A stretch of 64,000 bases of DNA from Patescibacteria group bacterium (GTDB lineage Bacteria; Patescibacteriota; Minisyncoccia; Phycocordibacterales; UBA9973): contig JAHIVA010000049.1 of the NCBI GenBank assembly GCA_018816985.1, positions 2,466-66,465 of the forward strand. Direction: 5' to 3'. Below the pieces are notes generated by a model. That model was not told the origin of the DNA, did not search any database, and saw only the letters and a list, made by a program, of their open reading frames with translations. Positions 8,293 to 17,091 of the stretch are shown piece by piece (position 1 is the stretch's first letter; the number at the start of each line of letters is the position of its first letter). Made by a program: the position numbers and the translations under genes.

Positions 8293-10203
8293 CTAAGCTT
8301 TTATTTCTTCTTTCCTTTTCAATAATATACCATAAGCAGTTAAGATTTTTTCATATTCTTCCTGTTCTAAAGTTTCCACTTCAATCAATTTCAAAGCAAT
8401 AGCGGTAAACGCTTTTTTATGTTCAGCTAATACTTTTTGCGCGGTTTTTAATCCATCGTCAATAATTCTTGAAACTTCCCCATCCACTTTCGTAGAAACA
8501 GTTTCCGAAAATTCTTTTCCCGCTATTTCACCATATTGAGGACGACCACCAGAGTCAACCAAAGCTATTGGACCGATCACATCCGACATTCCCCATCTCG
8601 TTACCATCGCCCGAGCTAAATTCGTCGCCACTTGCAAATCACTTGATGGTCCGGTTGTGATATCTCCGAAAATCATTTGCTCTGCCACATAACCACCAAG
8701 TGACATAGCAATATCATCAATAAATTCTTTTTTTGATTGTAGGCGTCGCTCTTCGAGTGGCAATTTCAAAGTATAACCTCCGGCATTTCCTCGGGCAATA
8801 ATAGAAACTTTATGTACTGGGTCAGCATAAGGAAGCACAGAAGCCACAATGGCATGTCCGGCTTCATGATAAGCGGTAATTTCTTTTTCCTTTTTAGAAA
8901 GCAAATGACTTTTACGCTCAGGACCCAACATTACTTTCTCAATTGCACGGATTAAATCAAATTGAAAAACTTTCTTACGATTCTCCCGAGCCGCCAAAAT
9001 TGCGCCTTCATTCATCAATGAATACAAATCTGCTCCAGAAAAACCTGGCGTCCGTTCAGCCACTAATTTCAAATTAATGTCTTCGGCTAGTGGCTTTTTG
9101 AAAGCGTGAATTTTAAGTATTTCTTCGCGATCCGCGCGATCTGGTAAATCAAGAATTACTTTTCGGTCAAAACGTCCAGGACGAATAAGCGCCGGGTCCA
9201 GTACATCCGGTCGATTAGTCGCCGCCATAACAATAACTTTATCATTTGGTTCGAAACCGTCCATTTCCACCAAAATTTGGTTTAAGGTCTGTTCACGTTC
9301 ATCATTTCCCCCGCCGAAACCTCCCCCACGGGTACGCCCAATAGCGTCTATTTCATCCACAAAGATAATTGCCGGAGCTGCTTTTTTGGCCATTTTAAAA
9401 AGATCCCGCACACGAGAAGCCCCAACCCCAACAAACATTTCCACGAACTCACTTCCAGAAAGATGAAAAAACGGCACCGAAGCCTCTCCGGCTACCGCCC
9501 GCGCCAACAAAGTCTTACCTGTCCCCGGAGCTCCTGTCAAAATTACACCTTTTGGTATCCTAGCCCCAATATCCAGAAACTTTTTTGGGCTTTTTAAAAA
9601 ATCCACAATTTCTTTTAATTCTTCTTTTGCTTCTTTACACCCGGCCACATCTTTAAAAGTTACCTTATTTACCTTATCATCCGGATTAGTAATACGCGCC
9701 TTGGACTGGCCAAAAGTAAAAGCCTGCATACCGGCACCTTTTACCTGCCTAGATAAATACCAGAAGAAAAATACAATAAAAACTATTGTTAATAAAAGAG
9801 AAAGATTATTTAAAAGAAAATACATAAAACCACTTTCATCTTTTATTTGAATATCAGTTTTAGCCAAAGCCGATGCGGTCACTCCGTAATCAGAAAGCGT
9901 TTGTGAAAGCGGTGAATTGACTTCTTTTTTAGATTCCTTCACCTCATCATTTTGATAAGTGATAGTTAGACGATCACCTTCCACCACGACAGTTTTTATC
10001 TCTCCCGCCACAATACTGTTTGCCAATTCGGAAATTGAAACTTGAGGAGTAACTTTTCCGTCTCCAGATACAATTAAATAGAGTGCCGTAATCAGCATAA
10101 AAAAAAGCAAGGCACCAGCAATATTGGCTCCGAATTTTGTTTTTTTAGGAGTCTTTTTACCTTTGTTTTGTGGTTCTTTTTGATTTAAAAAATTAAAATC
10201 CAT
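8293..10203 (-). CDS. ftsH: ATP-dependent zinc metalloprotease FtsH
   Basis: Walker A GAPGTGKT, an AAA+ domain and the HEAGH zinc site. The start is set at MDFNFLNQ (10203) because TATTAT lies exactly 6 nt upstream. The longer ORF runs to 10251. Confidence 0.9.
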   Translation of the reverse strand: MDFNFLNQKEPQNKGKKTPKKTKFGANIAGALLFFMLITALYLIVSGDGKVTPQVSISELANSIVAGEIKTVVVEGDRLTITYQNDEVKESKKEVNSPLSQTLSDYGVTASALAKTDIQIKDESGFMYFLLNNLSLLLTIVFIVFFFWYLSRQVKGAGMQAFTFGQSKARITNPDDKVNKVTFKDVAGCKEAKEELKEIVDFLKSPKKFLDIGARIPKGVILTGAPGTGKTLLARAVAGEASVPFFHLSGSEFVEMFVGVGASRVRDLFKMAKKAAPAIIFVDEIDAIGRTRGGGFGGGNDEREQTLNQILVEMDGFEPNDKVIVMAATNRPDVLDPALIRPGRFDRKVILDLPDRADREEILKIHAFKKPLAEDINLKLVAERTPGFSGADLYSLMNEGAILAARENRKKVFQFDLIRAIEKVMLGPERKSHLLSKKEKEITAYHEAGHAIVASVLPYADPVHKVSIIARGNAGGYTLKLPLEERRLQSKKEFIDDIAMSLGGYVAEQMIFGDITTGPSSDLQVATNLARAMVTRWGMSDVIGPIALVDSGGRPQYGEIAGKEFSETVSTKVDGEVSRIIDDGLKTAQKVLAEHKKAFTAIALKLIEVETLEQEEYEKILTAYGILLKRKEEIKA

Positions 10204-10238
10204 TTTGAGATAATAACACAAAAAAACTAAAAAATCTA

Positions 10239-10247
10239 TGTTAAAAT
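10239..10247 (+). promoter_or_regulatory. Extended -10 (TGtTAAAAT) for smpB, 6 nt before the ATG
   Basis: TG at 10239-40, TAAAAT at 10242-47, ATG at 10254. The divergent ftsH -10 (TATTAT, complement of 10210-15) lies in the same 50-nt spacer. Confidence 0.5.
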
Positions 10248-10253
10248 ACATTT

Positions 10254-10700
10254 ATGGCTAGTTATGCAGAAAATCGCAAAGCGAGGTTTAATTATGAATT
10301 CTTGGAAAAATACGAAACCGGTATTGAGCTTTTGGGTACGGAAGTGAAGTCTGTACGCAATAGCCAAATGTCACTTGAAGGAGCTTTTGTCATTATTCGT
10401 GGAGGTGAAGCATTTTTAATCAATGCAAATATTCCTCCCTTCCAATCGAAAAATGCGCCAAAAGATTATGACCCACTGCGTAACCGAAAACTTTTACTGA
10501 CCAAAAAAGAAATTATTGAATTAGCCGGAAGCGAGAAAAATAAAAGTTTGACAATAGTACCAATTTCAGTGTATAATAAAAATAGAAAAATTAAAGTGGA
10601 AATTGCTCTAGTAAAAAGCAAAAAGCAATTAGACAAAAGAGAAACGATCAAGAAACGTGAAACTGATCGGGAGATTAGGCGCGAATATAAAGAACGTTGA
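10254..10700 (+). CDS. smpB: SsrA-binding protein SmpB
   Basis: 148 aa. NRKARFNYEFLEKYETGIEL..GTEVKS is the classic SmpB N-terminus, and the tmRNA gene follows 12 nt later. Confidence 0.9.
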   Translation: MASYAENRKARFNYEFLEKYETGIELLGTEVKSVRNSQMSLEGAFVIIRGGEAFLINANIPPFQSKNAPKDYDPLRNRKLLLTKKEIIELAGSEKNKSLTIVPISVYNKNRKIKVEIALVKSKKQLDKRETIKKRETDREIRREYKER

Positions 10701-10712
10701 AAACACAAATAT

Positions 10713-11111
10713 GGGGATGCCAGGCATAGACAGTTGGTCTATTGTTATTGATGCATACCGAGCATGAACATAATCTCGTAAAAATTTGTTCAAATGTTAA
10801 TTGCAAAATTGACTGCTAAAGCAAAAGCTGTATTTTCTCCATACTTCGGTATGAATGATTTCGCTTTCGCTTCAGTTTCCGCTTCGGCGTAAACTGATGT
10901 CTCCCTTATAGACTTCCGATATATAAGAAGGGGCATAATATTATCGGGATAGGAAAAAGATTGCTCTAACTTTTTTCCAAAACAAAGGAGCTCGATTAAA
11001 AAATATTTGGCTCGTTTAAGAATTTTTTAATTTAAACAAAAAAAGCGTGCTATGTATGTAGACTTCTTTACAAAAATCTTCTGCACGGGGATTCGATTTC
11101 CCCCATCTCCA
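10713..11111 (+). ncRNA. ssrA: tmRNA (ssrA)
   Basis: The 5' GGGGATG pairs with the 3' CATCTCC, including a G3:U70 pair. T arm is GGGGA-TTCGATT-TCCCC and the discriminator is A. The internal tag frame GCA AAA ... GCT TCG GCG TAA (10803-10892) ends in ..SASA. CCA is not encoded. Confidence 0.85.
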
Positions 11112-11259
11112 CTGCTTCGCTAAAGCTTCGCAGTGCACAGCACAAGAAATTTAGCGCAAAAACTCTCCTAGTAAAGAGGGTTTTTGATTTTTAGCATAAA
11201 AATAAGCAGTGAGTCCTGCGAAGCCTTGGCGTAGCAGGGCCACATGCTACAATTTATTT

Positions 11260-11499
11260 ATGTATTATGTCTACATACTAAAAAGCAAAAAAGACGGTTC
11301 GTGCTATAAAGGAATAACGGAAAACTTGAAGAAAAGAATATATGATCATAACCACGGCTCCAATAAATATTCTTCTACAAAATCTCCATTTGAGTTAATT
11401 TGGTATTGTGCATTTCTAGACAAAAAGAAAGCCTTAGATTTTGAAAAATATATAAAACAAGGCTCTGGTTTTGCTTTTGTTAATAAAAGATTAATTTAA
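11260..11499 (+). CDS. GIY-YIG nuclease-family protein (UPF0213-like)
   Basis: MYYVYILKSKKDGSCYKGITENLKKRIYDHN carries the GIY..YIG motifs. The start was chosen because TGcTACAAT lies 6 nt upstream. The upstream part of the ORF (from 11209) is rejected. Confidence 0.75.
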   Translation: MYYVYILKSKKDGSCYKGITENLKKRIYDHNHGSNKYSSTKSPFELIWYCAFLDKKKALDFEKYIKQGSGFAFVNKRLI

Positions 11500-11562
11500 A
11501 TTTAGATAAGTAAATTATCGCAATCCATTTTCCACCATAAGAATTGTTGTTTGAATAAAATT

Positions 11563-11970
11563 CTATTTATTTTCTAAAATACTTATAGCTTCTATTATCC
11601 ATTTACCCCGAAGTGTATCTTTCATTTGTTTTATTTCTTCAAAAGAAAACCATTTCGCATTCAGTATTTCGTCTTCTGGAAATTTTAATTCTCCACCAAC
11701 TATTTCAGCCTCAAAAGCATGTTTTACTGCATCAGTCGATATTGCTTGGAAAATACCTATTTCTTTTATTAACTCAACATCATATCCTGATTCTTCTTTT
11801 GCTTCTCGAACTGCTGTTTGTTCAAAAGATTCTTCTATATCCACTTTGCCCGCTGGAAAATTCCAAAGCATATACGCTTTTGGTTGTTTTTCTTGAAGTA
11901 AAAGATATTTACCCTCTTTTTTAATAACAACACCCACAACCACATCTACTTTTATATTTTCTTTCTGCAT
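11563..11970 (-). CDS. NUDIX hydrolase
   Basis: Nudix box GKVDIEESFEQTAVREAKEESGY. Confidence 0.85.
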   Translation of the reverse strand: MQKENIKVDVVVGVVIKKEGKYLLLQEKQPKAYMLWNFPAGKVDIEESFEQTAVREAKEESGYDVELIKEIGIFQAISTDAVKHAFEAEIVGGELKFPEDEILNAKWFSFEEIKQMKDTLRGKWIIEAISILENK

Positions 11971-12307
11971 AATTTTAATTATAACATTTTTATTTAGGGT
12001 TAATTAGATAATTTTTTGCTTCTTTTAAAAAAGCAATATCTCTTGGAACAATATAAGCACTTCCTTAGGCCTATTTTTTTTATTTAGTTATTTAACATCA
12101 TTAACTTCGTTAACATCCTAGAGAGTGAGGGTGTAAAGAGTGGTTCTATTGGTGTTGGTATTTATCCTATTTTAGTAATAAACTATCATTTGAGAGGATT
12201 CTGGGAACACTCAACCATTACCAAGTGTTAACGATCTTAAGACTCGAACATACATCAGGTTCCAGTAAATAAGTTCTAACGTCATTTATTAGTTTCCACA
12301 AACAAAA

Positions 12308-12347
12308 AAATTACCTAATTTTTCCGACCGGTAGAATTAGGTAATTT
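12308..12347 (-). terminator. Intrinsic-terminator-like hairpin (13-bp stem AAATTACCTAATT/AATTAGGTAATTT) plus T-run on the - strand
   Basis: Perfect 13-bp stem with a 14-nt loop, followed on the - strand by TTTTGTT. It is the second of two tandem terminators downstream of the small ORF. Confidence 0.5.
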
Positions 12348-12373
12348 ATTAATGTTGTTATAAATAAAAAAGT

Positions 12374-12396
12374 GGCGAGCCCGATTTGGACCCGCC
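12374..12396 (-). terminator. Intrinsic terminator of the small G+C-rich ORF
   Basis: On the - strand GGCGGGTCC-AAATC-GGGCTCGCC forms 9 bp (2 G:U), followed by AC TTTTTT. Confidence 0.6.
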
Positions 12397-12408
12397 AGGT
12401 TCCGCTGT

Positions 12409-12606
12409 TCAGGCAAGGAAAAAGTATACAGGCATAGCCGTAAGGGCTCCAGTCGCGACGGCTGCCCAAAAAGTCAGGGAGAGCATGTCGTCCGCCCAAA
12501 CATCGCAACGAGCGAGCCATTCCCGAACTGCCTTGGTCCGGGAAAACCCCTCAAGGGAAGTCACCGAAACCGCTATAAAAATAACGATCGCCACTGCAAT
12601 AACCAC
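12409..12606 (-). CDS. Small two-TM hydrophobic protein on a G+C-rich island (function unknown)
   Basis: AAGGAGGTGAT lies 4 nt before a GTG start (12606). The 65-aa product VVIAVAIVIFIAVSV...LSLTFWAAVATGALTAMPVYFFLA has two hydrophobic segments. A terminator follows. An alternative ATG is at 12639. Confidence 0.4.
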   Translation of the reverse strand: MVIAVAIVIFIAVSVTSLEGFSRTKAVREWLARCDVWADDMLSLTFWAAVATGALTAMPVYFFLA

Positions 12607-12661
12607 TGTAATCACCTCCTTTCTATATTCATTATGCATAATTTTAATCTAAAGTAAATAT

Positions 12662-12690
12662 TTGACTTCCTAGCTCGAATACGCTATTAT
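12662..12690 (+). promoter_or_regulatory. Sigma70-like promoter of infC-rpmI-rplT (TTGACT-17-TATTAT)
   Basis: TTGACT at 12662-67, a 17-nt spacer, and TATTAT at 12685-90, 28 nt before the infC start. Confidence 0.6.
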
Positions 12691-12718
12691 CTCTTTAGTT
12701 AAGACTTACTTATATCAA

Positions 12719-13222
12719 TTGCGCGAAAGAATAAACAACCAAATACGGGCGAAGGAACTTCGGGTTTTAGACAGTGAAAACAAAAATCTCGGTGTTTTGA
12801 GCATTAAAGATGCTCTAGAATTGGCTCAAAGTAAGAATTTAGATTTAATCGAGATATCCCCGAACGGCAATCCCCCGATTGCCAAGTTAATGGATTTTGG
12901 AAAGTACCAGTATGAAGCCAATAAAAAATTAAAAAAGGCCAAGGCTGGAGCAAGTAGAACAGAAACCAAGTCAATTCAAATTAAAATAGGCACCGGAGAC
13001 CATGATTTGGAATTAAAAGCGAAAACTGCTTCAAAATGGATTAAGGAGGGACACAGAATCAAAGTTGAACTTTTCCTTGCTGGTCGCGCAAAATATATGG
13101 ATGAAAAATTTTTAAAAGAACGTTTAGACAGAGTGTTACATTTAATCACTGAAGATTATAAAATATCAGATGCATATAAAAGAGGTCCAAAAGGTTTAAC
13201 TACCACCATAGAAAAAAAATGA
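12719..13222 (+). CDS. infC: Translation initiation factor IF-3 (TTG start)
   Basis: INNQIRAKELRVLDSENKNLGVLSIKDALELAQSKNLDLIEISPNGNPPIAKLMDFGKY matches IF-3. A non-AUG start is typical for infC. Confidence 0.9.
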   Translation: MRERINNQIRAKELRVLDSENKNLGVLSIKDALELAQSKNLDLIEISPNGNPPIAKLMDFGKYQYEANKKLKKAKAGASRTETKSIQIKIGTGDHDLELKAKTASKWIKEGHRIKVELFLAGRAKYMDEKFLKERLDRVLHLITEDYKISDAYKRGPKGLTTTIEKK

Positions 13223-13413
13223 AAGGAATGAAAACAAATAAATCATATTCAAAAAGATTAAAGCTTACCAAAAACGGCAAGATAATTTCCCGCAAGGCTG
13301 GTTTTAATCATTTTAATGCCAAGCAATCACGCAATAAACAACTGGCCGGTAAAAAGGGTCAGAATTTTGTTATTAAAAACAAACCTAAAAGCCACTTATT
13401 ACCATTTAGCTAA
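13219..13413 (+). CDS. rpmI: 50S ribosomal protein L35
   Basis: Basic 64-aa protein (MKTNKSYSKRLKLTKNGKIISRKAG) between infC and rplT. It overlaps the infC stop (ATGA). Confidence 0.9.
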   Translation: MKGMKTNKSYSKRLKLTKNGKIISRKAGFNHFNAKQSRNKQLAGKKGQNFVIKNKPKSHLLPFS

Positions 13414-13419
13414 AAAATC

Positions 13420-13764
13420 ATGACAAGAGTAAAAAAGGGAGTACATGCGTTAAAAAGAAGAAGAAGCGTCTTAAAACAAACCAAAGGGATGCGTCATGGA
13501 CGGTCTACCAAAGAACGCCAGGCAAAAGATGCCTTATTACACGCCGGAAGTTATTCCTTCGCACACCGAAAAGATAAAAAATCACACAATCGAAAACTTT
13601 GGAATATCAAAATAAATGCCGGAGCTCGCGAGCTTGGTATGTCTTATTCAAAATTAATCGGCGCACTACATCAAAAGAACATAATGCTAGATAGAAAAAT
13701 TCTTTCCATTTTTGCCGAGTACCATCCTAAAACTTTCGCTAAAATTTTAGAGGCTGCTAAATAA
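13420..13764 (+). CDS. rplT: 50S ribosomal protein L20
   Basis: MTRVKKGVHALKRRRSVLKQTKG is the classic L20 N-terminus. Confidence 0.9.
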   Translation: MTRVKKGVHALKRRRSVLKQTKGMRHGRSTKERQAKDALLHAGSYSFAHRKDKKSHNRKLWNIKINAGARELGMSYSKLIGALHQKNIMLDRKILSIFAEYHPKTFAKILEAAK

Positions 13765-13784
13765 AAAGAATTTTTAAAATTCTA

Positions 13785-14405
13785 CTAACTATTAGAAACA
13801 GGGTCTTTCACGATTTTATATTCGGCTACTTTGTCTTTTTTAACTAGAGCAATAACATCTTCTAAAAGTTTTTTAGGATCAGCCCCAGAAACAATCTTAT
13901 CATTTGGACGATGGCCCTTTACAACTATTTCCTTGAGCTGGGCTCCCATTTCCCACGGACCCTCAAAAATACCAATCGGTTTCTTATCTTCAAAGGCAAC
14001 CGTAAATTCATGGATAGTACCAATTCTCCCGCAACCGCAAATTACTGCATCCGCACTGCGAGTAAGTAATAAGTCCCGTCCCGAATAGCCAAAACCGGTA
14101 TAAATGATTAAATCCATATAATCAATAGGAAGCTTGTAAATCTCAACATGCTCGCGTTCAGAAGCAGCTGGAGATATACCAATGGAAAAACCACCCTCTT
14201 CTTTGATTCCCATGGCAGTCCAAAAAGGAAATCCAGTAGTCGCTCCCGTTACCAAAACTGCTCCCTGGCGAGCAATCTCTCGTCCGAGTTCTTTGGCTTT
14301 TTCCAATGCATCTATTCCACAATTTCCTGTTTCTGCCGCACCAGAAACACAAATCTTTATCTGACGATGTCCATGCTTATTTAAAAAATTAATTTTAGAA
14401 TCCAT
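13785..14405 (-). CDS. TIGR00725-like SLOG/LOG-superfamily Rossmann protein
   Basis: KICVSGAAETG...AVLVTGATTG...ADAVICGCGRIGTIHEF resembles the LOG/SLOG PGGxGTxxE-type motif. Confidence 0.55.
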   Translation of the reverse strand: MDSKINFLNKHGHRQIKICVSGAAETGNCGIDALEKAKELGREIARQGAVLVTGATTGFPFWTAMGIKEEGGFSIGISPAASEREHVEIYKLPIDYMDLIIYTGFGYSGRDLLLTRSADAVICGCGRIGTIHEFTVAFEDKKPIGIFEGPWEMGAQLKEIVVKGHRPNDKIVSGADPKKLLEDVIALVKKDKVAEYKIVKDPVSNS

Positions 14406-14409
14406 ATTT

Positions 14410-15783
14410 CTATTTTATATTACAATTTAAAATTACGCTATAACCTTGTTCTGGAGCATAAGCCTCAATCCCTAAATTATCCCTGAGCTTCTGCACTAAA
14501 AACATCGCTGACTTTGGTTCACCCATTACCACAAAAACTTTCTTAACACTATCTTGCATATCTTGCACAAAATTCAGCAAACCATCTGAATCTTTATGTC
14601 CTGAATATCCAAGAATTGTTACAACATGCGCCCGCACAACTACATCTTCGCCAGTAATACGAACTGTTTTTACTCCTTCTTGAATTAAACGTCCCGGAGT
14701 GCCAACAGATTGATATCCGGTTAAAAGAATTGTGTTATTCGGGTCCGGTAAATAATGTCTTTCATGATGCACGATACGTCCGCCAGTTGACATACCGCTT
14801 CCAGCAATAATTATTTTTGGATTTGGTATTTTATTAATCATTTGAGACTCTTTAGATTTTAAAGTGCTATGTAGCCCCGGAAAATCAAATAAATATTTAT
14901 CGTGCGTCATAACTTTTTGAGAATTTTCATTAAAATAATTTTTATATTGTTTAAAAACTTCCGTTAACCGAATAGCCAAAGGAGAGTCAAAAAAGATAGG
15001 CATAATTGGTATGCGATTATTTTCTACTAAAGCATTAAGTTCAAACAAAAGCTCTTGAGAACGCTCTAGTGAAAAAGTAGGAATAATCAGTGCTCCTTTT
15101 CTCTTATAATTATTTTCAATTGTTTCTTCTAAATATTTTCGGCGATCATCCCTTGATTCATGATTCCTGTCTCCATAAACACTTTCCATAATGAGATAGT
15201 CTACATCAGTAACTTTTTCTGTATCAGGTAAAATCGGTGATGGACTGTTCCCTAAATCTCCAGTAAAAAGAATTTTTTTACCATTATAAATAAATTCAAT
15301 CATAGCTGAACCTAAAATATGTCCAGCATTCAAAAAAACTACTTCTAAATTTGGAGTTATTTTTATTTTTTCGTGATATTGAAAACCCTGCCAAAGAGAC
15401 AGTGCAATTTTAATATTCTCAGAGCTATAAATTTTATCCAAATTTAAATCGGTATTCTTACCCAAAATTCCAGCCATATCTTCTAACATTGGGCTGGCAA
15501 TTCCCTTGGTAGGCTCAGTAGAGTAAATTTTTCCGCGAAATCCTTCGTTGATTAATTTTGGTATTCTACCCAAGTGATCTATGTGCCCATGAGTTATAAA
15601 AAGAATATCTATAGTCTCGGGATCATAAGTAAATGGGTCCCAGTTGATATCATCTGCTAATTTTTCCCCTTGAATTAATCCACAATCAACTAAAATTTTC
15701 TTTCCGTCAATTTCTAAAAGAAAATTGGCTCCGGTAACCGAACCCGCACCCCCATAAAACGTTATTTTGGCATTTTTTTCCAT
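14410..15783 (-). CDS. MBL-fold beta-CASP family (RNase J/CPSF-like) metallo-hydrolase
   Basis: HGHIDHLG (HxHxDH) and a C-terminal GYSGHKDSDGL beta-CASP/RMMBL-type motif. 457 aa. Confidence 0.8.
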   Translation of the reverse strand: MEKNAKITFYGGAGSVTGANFLLEIDGKKILVDCGLIQGEKLADDINWDPFTYDPETIDILFITHGHIDHLGRIPKLINEGFRGKIYSTEPTKGIASPMLEDMAGILGKNTDLNLDKIYSSENIKIALSLWQGFQYHEKIKITPNLEVVFLNAGHILGSAMIEFIYNGKKILFTGDLGNSPSPILPDTEKVTDVDYLIMESVYGDRNHESRDDRRKYLEETIENNYKRKGALIIPTFSLERSQELLFELNALVENNRIPIMPIFFDSPLAIRLTEVFKQYKNYFNENSQKVMTHDKYLFDFPGLHSTLKSKESQMINKIPNPKIIIAGSGMSTGGRIVHHERHYLPDPNNTILLTGYQSVGTPGRLIQEGVKTVRITGEDVVVRAHVVTILGYSGHKDSDGLLNFVQDMQDSVKKVFVVMGEPKSAMFLVQKLRDNLGIEAYAPEQGYSVILNCNIK

Positions 15784-15791
15784 TGAAGTTA

Positions 15792-16217
15792 TTATACAGT
15801 AATTTTTTCTGTAGGGATACTTCGCCTAAAAACATAAAATAAAGCAAAACTTCCTCCAGCTAAATCAAAGAAAATATCAGAAATAGTATCTAGTAAATTA
15901 AAAGGGGTTTTTCCAATATAATTATTAACATAAATCTCAAAAATTTCCCAAGAAATTCCCAAAAATAGTACAAATAAAAGAATTTTCCAAGTTAACTTAA
16001 AATCTATCTTCTCAAGTGACAATTGAAAAATAGGCAAATATTTTGTAGAAAAAAACCAGAAAAAAAACAAACCCACCCAAAAGCCTCCCAAAAAATGCAT
16101 CGGCATGTCAAACCACCAAATAGAATAATACCAATAAAATTTTTGGGCCATAATATCTGCCGTAAAAATAAAAAACATCATAAATACTAGATGTTTTAAA
16201 AGCCTTTCTCTTTTCAT
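15792..16217 (-). CDS. Hypothetical 4-TM membrane protein
   Basis: 141 aa, aromatic-rich and hydrophobic. No family recognised. Confidence 0.4.
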   Translation of the reverse strand: MKRERLLKHLVFMMFFIFTADIMAQKFYWYYSIWWFDMPMHFLGGFWVGLFFFWFFSTKYLPIFQLSLEKIDFKLTWKILLFVLFLGISWEIFEIYVNNYIGKTPFNLLDTISDIFFDLAGGSFALFYVFRRSIPTEKITV

Positions 16218-16459
16218 TATTTTATTTTAACACATTTTTAAGAAAAAATCCGCCATTGCGGAGTTCTTCTTAGGACTATTTCTGATGTATTACCATAGCT
16301 TAATAGCTAGGTGGGTGTTAGACACGAGAAACCAAGGTTAAACGTGATCGAAACTCCCATAAAATAGTGTTCTAGGTAATAACCGGAAATAACCCTACTA
16401 AAAGTATAATCTCTAAAAAAATAAAAGCAACTAGACAGAAGAGTTTTTTTGTTTTTAAA

Positions 16460-17044
16460 TTACTCATCCACCCCAAAACGTTTATAGTCGTAAGTTTTTT
16501 GATTACCAAACCAGTGTTTGATTTCATGTTCCGCTTCTTCAGGAGTTTCTGAACAATGAATAATATTTGCCACAGCTCTTTTTTCTTTATTAGCAAGTGC
16601 TGGACTGTCAATAGAAAAATCTCCGCGAATAGTACCAACAACAGCTCTATATGGCAAAGTATCTCCGGCAAGTTTTCGTACAATATCCACTGCATGCACT
16701 CCTTGAATTACCATTTTAACCAATGGTGCTGATTTCATATAATCAACTAGCCACTTTCTTATCTCCGGACCAATTTTAGAGGTATCAGTAGTGCCAAAAT
16801 CAGTCAGCATATCGTATCCATATTTTTCATAGGTAGACTTAGTTTTTTCTCCCAATCGCGTAATCCATGCCTCATCTTTCGGATAATGATCATGGAGTTG
16901 CTCGTGAGTTGGTTGAAACATTTCTAGGGCCACAATCTTTAAATCCCTTTGTTCAAAACGCTTAATAACTTCACCTATCAAACCCTTCTTAACTCCGTCC
17001 GGCTTAATCATTACATATGTCTGTTCTTCTTTTAAGTGTTTCAT
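16460..17044 (-). CDS. ndk: Nucleoside diphosphate kinase (long form)
   Basis: YVMIKPDGVKKGLIGEVIKRFEQRDLKIVALEM and active-site region NIIHCSE. TAGAAT lies 7 nt upstream of the ATG. Confidence 0.85.
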   Translation of the reverse strand: MKHLKEEQTYVMIKPDGVKKGLIGEVIKRFEQRDLKIVALEMFQPTHEQLHDHYPKDEAWITRLGEKTKSTYEKYGYDMLTDFGTTDTSKIGPEIRKWLVDYMKSAPLVKMVIQGVHAVDIVRKLAGDTLPYRAVVGTIRGDFSIDSPALANKEKRAVANIIHCSETPEEAEHEIKHWFGNQKTYDYKRFGVDE

Positions 17045-17091
17045 ATTAACTATTCTAGCAGAAAAAAATACTTTTGCAAAAGTTAATTCTC

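Noticed and set aside
12311-12652. ORFs 12311-12520 (-) and 12386-12652 (+), and an SRP/RNase P interpretation of this G+C-rich island
   Set aside because: Neither alternative ORF has a start context or a plausible product. No conserved ncRNA motifs were found. The - strand ORF is the best-supported reading because it has an SD, hydrophobic segments and terminators, but confidence is still low.
16372-16695. 107-aa ORF from the track overlapping ndk
   Set aside because: Most of it is an out-of-frame overlap with the well-supported ndk gene. Only the last 31 codons, downstream of an internal ATG, lie outside ndk. That part is listed as a low-interest finding.
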